Assembly: GCA_001873295.1 (NCBI GenBank)
Contig: MNYW01000016.1
Location: 1-57,573 of the forward strand
Length of the DNA: 57,573 nucleotides
From: Nitrospirae bacterium CG2_30_70_394
GTDB lineage: Bacteria; CG2-30-53-67; CG2-30-70-394
Direction of reading: 5' to 3'
Shown in pieces: positions 1-13,735 of this stretch. Under the pieces are notes generated by a model. The model worked only from the letters and a program-made list of their open reading frames with translations. It searched no databases and was not told the DNA's origin. The translations under genes were made by a program, and so were the position numbers. Numbering within the stretch: the stretch's first letter is position 1; the number at the start of each line of letters is the position of its first letter.

Positions 1-1
1 C

Positions 2-64
2 CTGCCGGTCTTTACCCTCGACGAGGCGAACAACAAGACGCGCGACGGCGCGGCGGGTTGGTGA
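2..64 (+). CDS. 3' end of an unidentified upstream gene (partial, ...LPVFTLDEANNKTRDGAAGW*)
   Basis: Open frame runs off the 5' edge to TGA 62-64 with GC3-rich codons. Too short to assign a function. Confidence 0.25.
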   Translation: MPVFTLDEANNKTRDGAAGW

Positions 65-88
65 GCCGGATCGGTTGATCCTGAGGGT

Positions 89-870
89 TTGATGGCGGCC
101 ATGGACGGCCTGGTCATGGTCGCGGCGGTGGTCTTTGGGCTGATCGTCGGCAGCTTCCTCAACGTCTGCATCTATCGGCTCCCGCGACGCGAGTCGATCG
201 CCTTCCCCGCCTCCCACTGTCCGGTGTGCGGGGCGCACATCCGGCCGTGGGACAACGTGCCACTCCTCGCCTGGCTATGGCTGCGGGGGCGGTGCCGGGA
301 TTGCCACGCCCCTATTGCCTGGCGCTACCCATTGGTTGAGGCGGTCAACGGCGTGGCCTATGGCGCCATTGCGTGGCGCTATGGGTTGGGCGGGGTGGCG
401 CTCACGGTGGCCGCCTTTGTCTCCGCCCTTTTGGTCGTCACCCTCATCGACCTCGACTACCAGATCATCCCGGACCGCATCTCTCTGCCGGGCATCCCGC
501 TGGCTTGGCTCGCAGCGGTGGGGCTTGGTCGTCTCACCTGGGTTGACGCGACCCTCGGCGCCCTCTTGCCCGCCGCCCTTTTTCTTGCGGTCGTCTTTCT
601 CAGCCGCGGGGGCATGGGGCTTGGCGACGTGAAGCTGGTCGCGTTGATCGGCGCCTTCCTCGGCTGGCAGCTCGCCTTGCTGACCATCTTGACGGCGGCG
701 GTGGCGGGGTGGCGGGGTCGCTGGTGGGGGTGGCGATGATGGTGTTCCAGGGCAAGGGGCGGAAGACGGCGGTCCCCTTCGGCCCCTTTCTCTCCCTCGG
801 GGCGGTAGTGAGCCTCGCCTGGGGAGCGCCGATCCTTTACTGGTACCTGGCCCTGGGCGGTCTCTCGTGA
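89..870 (+). pseudogene. pilD: Prepilin peptidase / N-methyltransferase (A24 family, PilD-like), frameshifted
   Basis: Has the N-terminal Cys motifs (HCPVCGAHI...RGRCRDCHAPI) and the catalytic Asp regions (IDLDYQIIPD, GMGLGDVKL). The frame breaks at a perfect 8-bp tandem duplication GTGGCGGG (701-708 = 709-716). The conserved C-terminus (GKGRKTAVPFGPFLSLGAVVSLAWG...) continues in another frame to TGA 868-870. Confidence 0.85.
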
Positions 871-2111
871 GCGGTTCCGCGCCCCTCCTTTTCGCCCTCC
901 CACTTCTCCTCACCCTCCTTTTCGCGGTCCGCCGACTTCGCCAGCGGCAGGGGGACGAGCGGGGCGGCGCGCCTTTTTCGCCCGCGCAGTTTGCCTTCCG
1001 CGCCCTCGAAGGAACCTTGCGCGAGGTCTCTACCGCGCGCACCACCCTCCAGGGGGAGCGCGATCGGGCGGAGGCGCGGCGGCGGCAGGTGGAACGGCTG
1101 CACTCCCTGATCCTCGGCTCGATCGGCAGCGGCGTGGTGGCGGTTGGGGAGGGGGGAGGGGTGCAGGCCGCCAACCCGGCCGCCGGCGAGATCCTTGGCT
1201 GTCACCCCTTGACCTTGGTCGGCCGCCCGCTTGCCGAGTGCCTTCCCACCCCGTGCCTGGTGGAGAGTGTGGAAACGGTCCTCGCCACCGGCGAGCCCCT
1301 GGGGCGGCAGGAGGTGGCGGTGGTGACGGCAACGGGGGCGGCGCGCTGGCTCGGCGTCTCCATCTCGCCGATGGCAGATGCGGCGGGGCGGACCGCGGGG
1401 GCCGTGCTCCTCTTCTCCGACCTCACCGAGGTCCGCCAGTTGCAGGAAGAGGTGGAGACAAAGCGGCGCCTGGCGTCGATGGGGGAGATGGTCGCGGCGA
1501 TCGTCCACGAGTGCCGCAATGGCCTCGGGGCAATGGGGGGCTACGCCCGTTTGTTGGAGCGGCCGGAGATGGGGGAGGGGGAGCGGCGGCAGGCGGTGGG
1601 CGGGATCCTTGAAGAGATCGGTGCGATCGAGGCGGTCTTGGCCGAGTGTCTCGACTACGTGCGCCCTCGCCCGGTGCGGCGCGGGGAGGTGGCGCTGGGG
1701 CTCTTGGCGCAGGAGGTGGCGCGAGCGGTGGCGGCGGCGGAGCCGGAGGCGGCGGTGGTGGCGGAAGGCGATGCCGAGCTCACCGGCGATCGGGAGCAGC
1801 TCCGCCAGGCGCTGGTGAACGTGGTGCGCAACGCGGTGCAGGCGTCACCCCCGGGGGCGGCGGTGCGCATCGTGGTGCGGAAGTTGGGTGAGGCGGCGGA
1901 GGTCGCGGTGGTTGATCGCGGTCGGGGCATGTCCGAAGAGGAGCGGGGACATCTGTGTGATCCCTTCTTCACCACCCGCGCCGCCGGCACTGGATTGGGT
2001 ATGAGCATCGTCAAGCGCATCGTCGCCGCCCACGGCGGCCAACTGGAGGTGGAGAGCGCGGCGGGGCAGGGGAGCACCGTCCGCATCCTCTTTCCGGTCG
2101 AGGTGGCGTGA
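867..2111 (+). CDS. Sensor histidine kinase (N-terminal TM, PAS-like, HisKA, HATPase_c); possibly PilS-like
   Basis: H-box MVAAIVHECRNGLG, N-box LVNVVRNAVQA and G-boxes DRGRGM / GTGLGMSIV. The GTG start overlaps the restored pilD stop (GTGA). Confidence 0.85.
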   Translation: MSGSAPLLFALPLLLTLLFAVRRLRQRQGDERGGAPFSPAQFAFRALEGTLREVSTARTTLQGERDRAEARRRQVERLHSLILGSIGSGVVAVGEGGGVQAANPAAGEILGCHPLTLVGRPLAECLPTPCLVESVETVLATGEPLGRQEVAVVTATGAARWLGVSISPMADAAGRTAGAVLLFSDLTEVRQLQEEVETKRRLASMGEMVAAIVHECRNGLGAMGGYARLLERPEMGEGERRQAVGGILEEIGAIEAVLAECLDYVRPRPVRRGEVALGLLAQEVARAVAAAEPEAAVVAEGDAELTGDREQLRQALVNVVRNAVQASPPGAAVRIVVRKLGEAAEVAVVDRGRGMSEEERGHLCDPFFTTRAAGTGLGMSIVKRIVAAHGGQLEVESAAGQGSTVRILFPVEVA

Positions 2112-3451
2112 GCGACTCCGCCCTGCGGGTGGTGGTGGTCGAGGATCGGCGCTCCATGCGCGAGATGCTCGACCAGACCCTCACCCTCGAAGGGTTTGAG
2201 GTGGTGACCGCGGCGAGCGTCGCCGACGGGCGTGTGCGGCTGGCGCGCGGCGCCGACGCGGTGCTCGCGGATCTGCGGCTCCCCGATGGCACCGGTCTCG
2301 ACATCCTCGACGCGGCGCGCCGTCTCTCGCCCGCCCCGCCGGTGGTCCTGATGACTGCCTACGGCTCGGTAGACGTGGCGGTGGAGGCGATGCGGCGCGG
2401 TGCCACGGATTTTTTGTGCAAGCCCTTTGACACGCGGCTACTGGTGGAGCGGCTGCGTCTGCTGACCCGCGGCCCGGCGGGCGGGGTGGTGGCCGACGGG
2501 GTGGTAGCGGTCAGCGTGGCGATGCGTGAAGTGGTCGACCGGGCGCGCCAGGCGGCGGCGGCTCCGGTGCCGGTCTTGCTTGCCGGCGAAAGCGGTACCG
2601 GCAAGGAGGTGGTGGCGCGCCTGATTCACGCCGCGAGCCCGCGCGCCGCGGCCCCCTTCGTGGCGGTGAACTGCGCTGCGCTCCCGGCGCATCTGGTGGA
2701 GAGCGAGCTGTTCGGCCACCTGCGCGGTGCCTTCACCGGCGCCGAGAGCGATCGGGTTGGGCTGATCCGCGAGGCCGGCGGCGGGACCCTCTTTCTCGAT
2801 GAGCTCACCGAGATGGCGCCCGAGCTGCAGAGCAAGCTCCTGCGCGTCCTCCAGGAGGGACAGGTGGTGCCGGTAGGGTCCGGCCGGCCGGTGGCGGTGG
2901 ACGTGCGCTACATCGCCGCCACCAACCGCGACCTAGAGGCGGCGATCGCCGGCGGCACACTGCGCGAGGACCTCTTCTATCGCTTGGCGGTGGTGGTCTT
3001 ACGCCTTCCCCCCCTGCGCGAGCGGTCCGCGGACATCCTCCCGCTGGCCGAACGGTTTCTCGGCCAGGCCAGCCCGGCGGGGAAGGCAACCGAGCTCACC
3101 CCGGCGGCGCGCCGGGCGCTCCTCGCCCATCCGTGGCGGGGCAACGTGCGCGAGCTGAAGAACTGCCTTGAGCGCGCCGCCCTCTTCCACCGCGGCGCGA
3201 CGATCGACGCCGCGGACCTCGACCTGGCGCCGTCCTCCCCGGTGGCGGCGGCTTTGCCCCCTGCGACCCTCGCCGAGGCGGGCCAGCGCGCGGCTCGGGA
3301 GACCGAGCGGCGGTTGATCCTCGAAACCCTCCAGCGCGAGGGGTGGAACAAGCGCGCGGCGGCGCGGGTCCTCGGGGTCAGCTACAAGACCCTGTTCAAC
3401 AAGCTGCGCGAGCTCGACATCCCGAAGCAGCCACCACGGCAGGTGACTTGA
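2108..3451 (+). CDS. Sigma-54-dependent response regulator (NtrC family; REC + AAA+ + Fis-type HTH); possibly PilR-like
   Basis: Receiver domain, Walker A GESGTGKE, ESELFGH (GAFTGA-like RGAFTGA) and a C-terminal HTH AARVLGVSYKTLFNKL. Overlaps the kinase stop by 4 nt. Confidence 0.9.
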   Translation: MSDSALRVVVVEDRRSMREMLDQTLTLEGFEVVTAASVADGRVRLARGADAVLADLRLPDGTGLDILDAARRLSPAPPVVLMTAYGSVDVAVEAMRRGATDFLCKPFDTRLLVERLRLLTRGPAGGVVADGVVAVSVAMREVVDRARQAAAAPVPVLLAGESGTGKEVVARLIHAASPRAAAPFVAVNCAALPAHLVESELFGHLRGAFTGAESDRVGLIREAGGGTLFLDELTEMAPELQSKLLRVLQEGQVVPVGSGRPVAVDVRYIAATNRDLEAAIAGGTLREDLFYRLAVVVLRLPPLRERSADILPLAERFLGQASPAGKATELTPAARRALLAHPWRGNVRELKNCLERAALFHRGATIDAADLDLAPSSPVAAALPPATLAEAGQRAARETERRLILETLQREGWNKRAAARVLGVSYKTLFNKLRELDIPKQPPRQVT

Positions 3452-3561
3452 GGGGGGGGGCCGGTACACTGGCCGCGCGGTGAGGTCAGGCCGGCCTCCC
3501 ATCAGCCGGCCGCCGCGAGATCGAAACCGTTGTTGTTGCAACGAGATAACCGCTGCCCGCG

Positions 3562-3590
3562 TTGACACCCCGAAACCCCGTTCCTACTCT
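3562..3590 (+). promoter_or_regulatory. Candidate sigma-70 promoter for clpC
   Basis: Perfect -35 TTGACA (3562-3567), 17-nt spacer, weak -10 TACTCT (3585-3590), about 65 nt upstream of the clpC ATG. Confidence 0.35.
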
Positions 3591-3655
3591 CGCCGTCACC
3601 CAAATGGCTGCCGATAGACGATCCAATCCCTGCCGCACGCGCGAAGGAGCACCCC

Positions 3656-6142
<2,487 letters not shown>

Positions 6143-6163
6143 GCCACCGGGCAGGGTGGTAGC

Positions 6164-6204
6164 AAAAGGCCTCGGGACCTCCGTCCCGGGGCCTTTTCGT
6201 TTTG
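6164..6204 (+). terminator. Rho-independent terminator after clpC
   Basis: 15-bp stem AAAAGGCCTCGGGAC / GTCCCGGGGCCTTTT with 1 mismatch, tetraloop CTCC, followed by CGTTTTGGG. Confidence 0.8.
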
Positions 6205-6281
6205 GGCGCGGGCGACGCGGGACGTGGGTGGCCGAGAAAGGGGGTGCGGCGTTACCGTGAGCGCCACCTCGCGAGTCCCCC

Positions 6282-8716
<2,435 letters not shown>

Positions 8717-8719
<3 letters not shown>

Positions 8720-8890
8720 GAAATCGGGCGGAGGAGGTAGAAAGTAGAAAGGGGAGTGGTTCACCCGGCGTGTGGGGCGTACACGATCCAGCCGGCCCGT
8801 GGGCTCGCTGGCAGCGAGGGAGCTCCCGCCCTCTCCGCAGGACCCGACCGCCACCCTCTTCCTTCTTCCTTCCTCCTTCCTATTTCCTAC
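8717..8890. repeat. Imperfect long inverted repeat filling the pyrG-kdsA spacer (purine-rich left arm, pyrimidine-rich right arm)
   Basis: Left arm GTAGGAAATCGGGCGGAGGAGGTAGAAAGTAGAAAGGGG (from 8717). Right arm ...CCTCTTCCTTCTTCCTTCCTCCTTCCTATTTCCTAC (to 8890). The terminal 9 nt are exact reverse complements (GTAGGAAAT / ATTTCCTAC). Confidence 0.7.
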
Positions 8891-8891
8891 T

Positions 8892-9743
8892 ATGGACCTC
8901 CCCCTCCACACCCCCCCCACGCGCGAAGTGGTGGTCACCGATGGCGTAGTCCTCGGCGGCGGCCGCCCCATCTGCCTCTTCGCCGGACCGTGCGCCCTCG
9001 AGAGCGAGACCCTCGCCCTGACCACCGCCGAGGCGATCGCCAAGATCGCCCGCGACCTCGCCATCCCCTACGTCTTCAAGTCGTCGTTCGACAAGGCGAA
9101 CCGCACCTCGGTGGACTCCTACCGCGGTCCCGGATTGGAGGAGGGGTTGCGCATCCTCCAGAAGGTGAAGTCCGAGGTCGGGGTGCCGGTGATCTCCGAC
9201 GTCCACACGGAGGAGCAGATTCAACCCGCGGCGGAGGTGATCGACATCCTCCAGATCCCCGCCTTCCTGTGCCGCCAGACCGACTTCGTGGTCGCGGTGG
9301 CCAAGAGTGGCCGGGTGGTGAACATCAAAAAGGGGCAGTTCCTCGCCCCGTGGGATGCGGGCAACATCATCACCAAGGCGACCTCCACCGGGAACCACCG
9401 AATCACCCTCACCGAGCGCGGCGTCTCCTTCGGCTACAACAACCTCGTCTCCGACATGCGCTCGCTGCCGATCCTGCGCGAGCTCGGCTATCCGGTGGTC
9501 TTCGACTGCACCCACTCGGTCCAGCTCCCCGGTGGCTTGGGGGGCAAGTCGGGCGGGCAGCGCAAGTTCATCCCCTATCTCACCCGCGCCGCGGTCGCCG
9601 CCGGGGTCGACGCTTTGTTCATGGAGGTCCACCCCGACCCCGACGCCGCCCTCTCCGACGGCCCCAACATGGTGCCGCTCTCCGCCCTGCGCGCGCTTCT
9701 CGAAGAGGTGAAGCGCGTCGAGGCGGCGGTGCACCCGAGGTAG
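8892..9743 (+). CDS. kdsA: 2-dehydro-3-deoxyphosphooctonate aldolase (KDO-8-P synthase)
   Basis: [11 protein letters not shown]...[16 protein letters not shown]...PAFLCRQTD...[10 protein letters not shown]. Start set at ATG 8892; the track ORF starts earlier at 8772. Confidence 0.9.
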   Translation: MDLPLHTPPTREVVVTDGVVLGGGRPICLFAGPCALESETLALTTAEAIAKIARDLAIPYVFKSSFDKANRTSVDSYRGPGLEEGLRILQKVKSEVGVPVISDVHTEEQIQPAAEVIDILQIPAFLCRQTDFVVAVAKSGRVVNIKKGQFLAPWDAGNIITKATSTGNHRITLTERGVSFGYNNLVSDMRSLPILRELGYPVVFDCTHSVQLPGGLGGKSGGQRKFIPYLTRAAVAAGVDALFMEVHPDPDAALSDGPNMVPLSALRALLEEVKRVEAAVHPR

Positions 9744-9835
9744 GAGCGGGCCTCGTCCACGATGACTCCGCACTTGGCTGTGGGGCTTTCCGTTCACAAC
9801 CAGCCTTCCGAACCCTAACCCCTACCTGTTCCCCC

Positions 9836-10819
9836 ATGCCCGACACCCCCTGTCCCACCGACACCCTTGCCATCGGCCAGCGCGTCCTCGCGATCGAGGC
9901 GGAGGCGTTGCAGCGGGTGGAGGCGCGCCTGGGGGCGAGCTTCACCCGGGCGGTGGAGCTGCTGCTCGCCTGCACCGGGAAGGTGGTGGTCACCGGGATG
10001 GGCAAGTCGGGGCTGGTGGGGAAGAAGATCTGCGCCACCCTCGCCTCCACCGGCACCCCGGCGATCTTTCTCCACCCGGCGGAGGGAATCCACGGCGACT
10101 TCGGGATGGTCACCCGCGGCGACGTGGTGGTGGCGATCTCCAACTCGGGTAATACCGACGAGGTGGCGCGCCTGATCCCGATGATCGAGCGCATGGGCTG
10201 CCCGCTGATCGCCATGACTGGCGGCATGGAGTCGGTCCTGGCGCGGAGCGCGGCGGTGGTCCTCGACGTCTCCGTCGAGCGCGAGGCGTGCCACCTGAAC
10301 ATCGTCCCCACCGCCTCCACCACCGCGACCATGGCCATGGGCGACGCCCTCGCCGTGGCCCTGTTGGAGCGGCGCAACTTCCGCCCCGAGGACTTTGCCC
10401 AGTTTCACCCGGGCGGCTCCCTCGGCCGCCGCCTGTTCGTGAAGGTGGCGGACCTGATGCACGCGGGCGGTGAGCTGCCGGTGGTCGGACAAGACCGGAC
10501 CCTGAAGGAGGCGCTCTTCGAGATGACCGCCAAGAAGCTCGGGGTGACCACCATCGTCGACGGTGACGGACGGCTGGCCGGGATCCTCACCGACGGCGAC
10601 CTGCGCCGCGCCCTGGAGCAGGGCAACGACCCCCTGGCCCGCCCGGTCTCCCAGTTCATGGGCAGGAACCCGCGCACCATCGCCGCGGACGCCCTCGCCG
10701 CCCTGGCGGTGAGCCAGATGGAGGAGCGCAACATCACCTCTCTGGTGGTCCCGGATGGCGACGGCCGGCCCGCCGGGATCCTCCACCTGCACGACTGCCT
10801 GAAGGCGAAGATCGTGTGA
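9836..10819 (+). CDS. kdsD: Arabinose-5-phosphate isomerase (KpsF/GutQ family; SIS + 2 CBS domains)
   Basis: VVTGMGKSGLVGKKICATLASTGTPA (SIS domain) with tandem CBS domains at the C-terminus. Sits inside the long track ORF 8756-10819. Confidence 0.9.
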   Translation: MPDTPCPTDTLAIGQRVLAIEAEALQRVEARLGASFTRAVELLLACTGKVVVTGMGKSGLVGKKICATLASTGTPAIFLHPAEGIHGDFGMVTRGDVVVAISNSGNTDEVARLIPMIERMGCPLIAMTGGMESVLARSAAVVLDVSVEREACHLNIVPTASTTATMAMGDALAVALLERRNFRPEDFAQFHPGGSLGRRLFVKVADLMHAGGELPVVGQDRTLKEALFEMTAKKLGVTTIVDGDGRLAGILTDGDLRRALEQGNDPLARPVSQFMGRNPRTIAADALAALAVSQMEERNITSLVVPDGDGRPAGILHLHDCLKAKIV

Positions 10820-10945
10820 CGAGGTAGAAAACAGAAGGTAGAAAGGGGGGAGGAGAGAGGGGGGCGGCGGGTCGAGGGTTGGCCGCCGGCAGACCGCTCC
10901 CCCAACCCCAGCCCTCAACCCGCAGCCCGCAGCCCGAACCCACCC

Positions 10946-11476
10946 ATGTCCCCCGCCGACCTTGCCACCCGGGCGCGCGCCATTCGCCTCATCCTCCTCG
11001 ACGTGGATGGGGTGCTCACCGACGGTTCGATCACCTACACCGCCGCGGGAGTGGAGGGGAAGTCGTTCCACGTGCGGGATGGCCAGCGGATCAAACTCGC
11101 CGGCCGTCACGGTCTGCGCTTCGGGATCATCACCGGCCGCTCCTCGCCGATCGTCGACCTGCGCGCGGCGGAGCTCGACATCGCCATGGTCCGCCAGGGG
11201 GCGAAGGAGAAGCTGCCGGTCCTTGAAGCGCTCCTCGCCGCCGAGGGGCTCGATCCGGCGGCGGTTGCCTACATGGGCGATGACATCGTCGATTTGGGGG
11301 TGATGGGTCGGGTGGGGCTCGCTGCCACGGTCGCCGATGGTCACCCGGTGGTCCGCGACCGCGCCCACTTCATTGCCACGCTCCCCGGTGGCCGCGGCGC
11401 GGTGGCGGAGCTGGTCGAGCTGATCCTCGCGGCGCAGGGCAAGTGGGAGAAGATTCTCGGGAGTTATCTCGCATGA
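10946..11476 (+). CDS. kdsC: KDO-8-phosphate phosphatase (HAD-IIIA)
   Basis: ILLDVDGVLTDGSI...GDDIVDL motifs, in kds gene context. Confidence 0.85.
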   Translation: MSPADLATRARAIRLILLDVDGVLTDGSITYTAAGVEGKSFHVRDGQRIKLAGRHGLRFGIITGRSSPIVDLRAAELDIAMVRQGAKEKLPVLEALLAAEGLDPAAVAYMGDDIVDLGVMGRVGLAATVADGHPVVRDRAHFIATLPGGRGAVAELVELILAAQGKWEKILGSYLA

Positions 11477-12099
11477 GTGGTGAGACGACGGGGCGCGCGG
11501 CGGGGGTGGGACCCGACAGTCCGCTGCCGGCGCCGTGGCTGAAGCACCTGCCGAATAGCCTCACCCTCCTGCGCGTCCTCCTCGTCCCCCTCTTCGTCCT
11601 CTTCCACTACCCGATCGTGGTGGACGACCACACCTACTGGGCGGCCGGCTGGACCTTTACCTTCGCGGCGATCACCGACTTCTTCGACGGCTACCTGGCG
11701 CGTCGCTACCACCTGGTCACCCGCCTCGGCAAGCTGCTGGATCCGATCGCGGACAAGGTCCTGATCACCGCCGCGTTGGTGATGCTGGTGGAGATCGAGC
11801 GCGCCGAAGCGTGGATCGTCGTGGTCATCCTCGGCCGCGAGTTCGCGGTCACCGGCCTGCGCGCCCTGGCCGCGAGCGAGGGGGTGGTCCTCGCCGCGGA
11901 GTCGCTCGGCAAGTGGAAGGTCGGCGCCCAGATCACCGCCATCCTCATGCTCCTCGCCCACCGCATCTGGTTCCTCCCCTTCCTCCCCTTCCGCCCCATG
12001 GGGACCTTTTTCCTGTGGGTCGCGATGGTCTTGGCGGTCGTCTCGGCGGTCCAGTACGGCCTCAACTACTGGCGCAGCGGCCCGCCGGCGGCGCGGTAG
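11473..12099 (+). CDS. pgsA: CDP-diacylglycerol--glycerol-3-phosphate 3-phosphatidyltransferase
   Basis: CDP-alcohol phosphatidyltransferase motif DFFDGYLAR...GKLLDPIADK. ATGA overlap with kdsC favours the 11473 start. Confidence 0.8.
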   Translation: MSGETTGRAAGVGPDSPLPAPWLKHLPNSLTLLRVLLVPLFVLFHYPIVVDDHTYWAAGWTFTFAAITDFFDGYLARRYHLVTRLGKLLDPIADKVLITAALVMLVEIERAEAWIVVVILGREFAVTGLRALAASEGVVLAAESLGKWKVGAQITAILMLLAHRIWFLPFLPFRPMGTFFLWVAMVLAVVSAVQYGLNYWRSGPPAAR

Positions 12100-13328
12100 A
12101 GGTACTCCCACGCCGCCTGCGCCAGGAGCTGGGCGCCGAGGGGAAGCGCCGACTCGTCGAGGTCGAAGCAGGCGTGGTGCAGGGGGTGGTGGGTGGCGGG
12201 GTCGTCGTTGGCGGTGCCGAGGCGGAAGTAGCTGCCCGGGGCGAGCTGCTGGTAGTAGGAGAAATCCTCGCTGCCCATGGAGGGTTCGCGGCTCTCCCGC
12301 ACATGCTCCTTGCCCACCACCTTCGCCGCGGCCTGGGCGAGGAGGTCGGTGAGGGCGGGGTCGTTCACCACTACCGGCGCGCCCACCTGGTAGTCGAGGG
12401 TGAAGTGGGCGCCCATCGCCGCACAGACGCCGTCGAGGACCTGTTCCATCACCTCGCGCACCCGCAGGCGGGCGGCCGGGCTCAGGGTGCGGACGGTCCC
12501 GGTGAGGGTGGCGTGGCCGGGGATGACGTTGGCGGCGAGGCCGGCGTGGATCGCGCCGATGGTGAGGACTGTGGGGTCGTGGGGGGAGAGGCGGCGGGGG
12601 ACGATCGCGTGCAGGGCGCACACCGCCTGGGCGGCGACGAGGACCGTGTCGATCGCCTCGTGTGGCCGGGCGGCGTGGCCCGCCTGGCCCTCGATCTCGA
12701 TGGTGAAAAGATCGCCCGCGGCCATCATCACCCCGTGGCACACCTCGACCTCGCCGGCGCGCAGCTGGGGTTGGCAGTGGAGGCCGAAGATCGCGTCCAC
12801 CCTTGGGTTCGCCATCACCCCGGCGGCAACCATCTCGTTCGCACCGCGGCCGATCAGCTCCTCCGCCGGCTGGAAGAGGAGCTTCACCCGGCCGTGGAGG
12901 TGGGGCGCGAGGGGGGTGAGGAGGAGCGCCGCCCCGAGGACCATGGTGGTGTGGGCGTCGTGGCCGCAGGCGTGGGTGGTGTTCGCCACCCGCGAGCGGT
13001 AGGCCACCCGCTTTTCATCCTGGAGGGGGAGGGCGTCCATGTCGGCGCGCAGGCCGACCGTCGGGCCGGGGTGGTGGCCGTCGATCAGGGCCACCACCCC
13101 GTGGCCGGCGACGCCGGTGGTGGCCGGTAGGCCAAGGGAGTCGAGCACCCCGGTGATCAGGGTGGCGGTCTGTTGCTCCTCGCCTCCCCGCTCCGGTTGC
13201 TGGTGGAGGGTGCGGCGGAGCCCCACCAGGGCGGGGGCGAGCCGCGGGAGCTGTTTGGCGAGCCAGGCGGTCACCGTGGCATCGGTGGCGGTGGCGGGCG
13301 GGACGAGGGTGAGGGCGCGGTAGTCCAT
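12066..13328 (-). CDS. M20-family amidohydrolase (N-acyl-amino-acid amidohydrolase / hippurate hydrolase type)
   Basis: Motifs HACGHDAHT, FQPAEE and AARPHEAIDTV. Start chosen at MDYRAL. The 3' end overlaps pgsA convergently. Confidence 0.8.
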   Translation of the reverse strand: MDYRALTLVPPATATDATVTAWLAKQLPRLAPALVGLRRTLHQQPERGGEEQQTATLITGVLDSLGLPATTGVAGHGVVALIDGHHPGPTVGLRADMDALPLQDEKRVAYRSRVANTTHACGHDAHTTMVLGAALLLTPLAPHLHGRVKLLFQPAEELIGRGANEMVAAGVMANPRVDAIFGLHCQPQLRAGEVEVCHGVMMAAGDLFTIEIEGQAGHAARPHEAIDTVLVAAQAVCALHAIVPRRLSPHDPTVLTIGAIHAGLAANVIPGHATLTGTVRTLSPAARLRVREVMEQVLDGVCAAMGAHFTLDYQVGAPVVVNDPALTDLLAQAAAKVVGKEHVRESREPSMGSEDFSYYQQLAPGSYFRLGTANDDPATHHPLHHACFDLDESALPLGAQLLAQAAWEYLYRAAGGPLRQ

Positions 13329-13735
13329 GGCTCGCCAAGGTGCAGCGCGCGCGCCGGGGTGATCGACCATGCCGGGGCGCGCGGCGGCATGGCTCACGGA
13401 GTTCGGGTAGCCGCGGTACCCCTTGGGCGCCGACTATGGCCGCACGGGAGAGATCGGGAAAGAGCTTGCCCGCCGCGCTTCGGGGGGTGATTCGCCCCCC
13501 CCCCACGGCCCGCCTACTGGCGGGGTAGGCGCCACGTGTCGCGGGGCCGCGCGGCGAGGTGGTGGGCCAGGGCGACCACACCGGCGGGTGGAGGCGGGGG
13601 GCCGGCTTGGTCGGTGGGCGACGACCTGGAGCGGTCTCCGATCGCACCCTCCGCGACTTCCCGCGCCGCGCCGGTTGGCCAGGTTGGTCGTTGGCCCGCC
13701 ATCCGCTACCCTGCCCGCCTCTCCGGGAGCTTGGG

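Noticed and set aside
3452-3655. CtsR box or CIRCE element upstream of clpC
   Set aside because: Neither GGTCAAA-N3-GGTCAAA nor TTAGCACTC-N9-GAGTGCTAA is present. Only a short palindrome GTTGCAAC (about 3533-3540) was seen, which is insufficient.
13329-13735. Possible lysine riboswitch (L-box) in the 400-bp region upstream of lysC
   Set aside because: I could not find the conserved L-box core strings or the five-helix layout. The region is shared with the divergent amidohydrolase promoter. A cmscan would be needed to exclude it formally.
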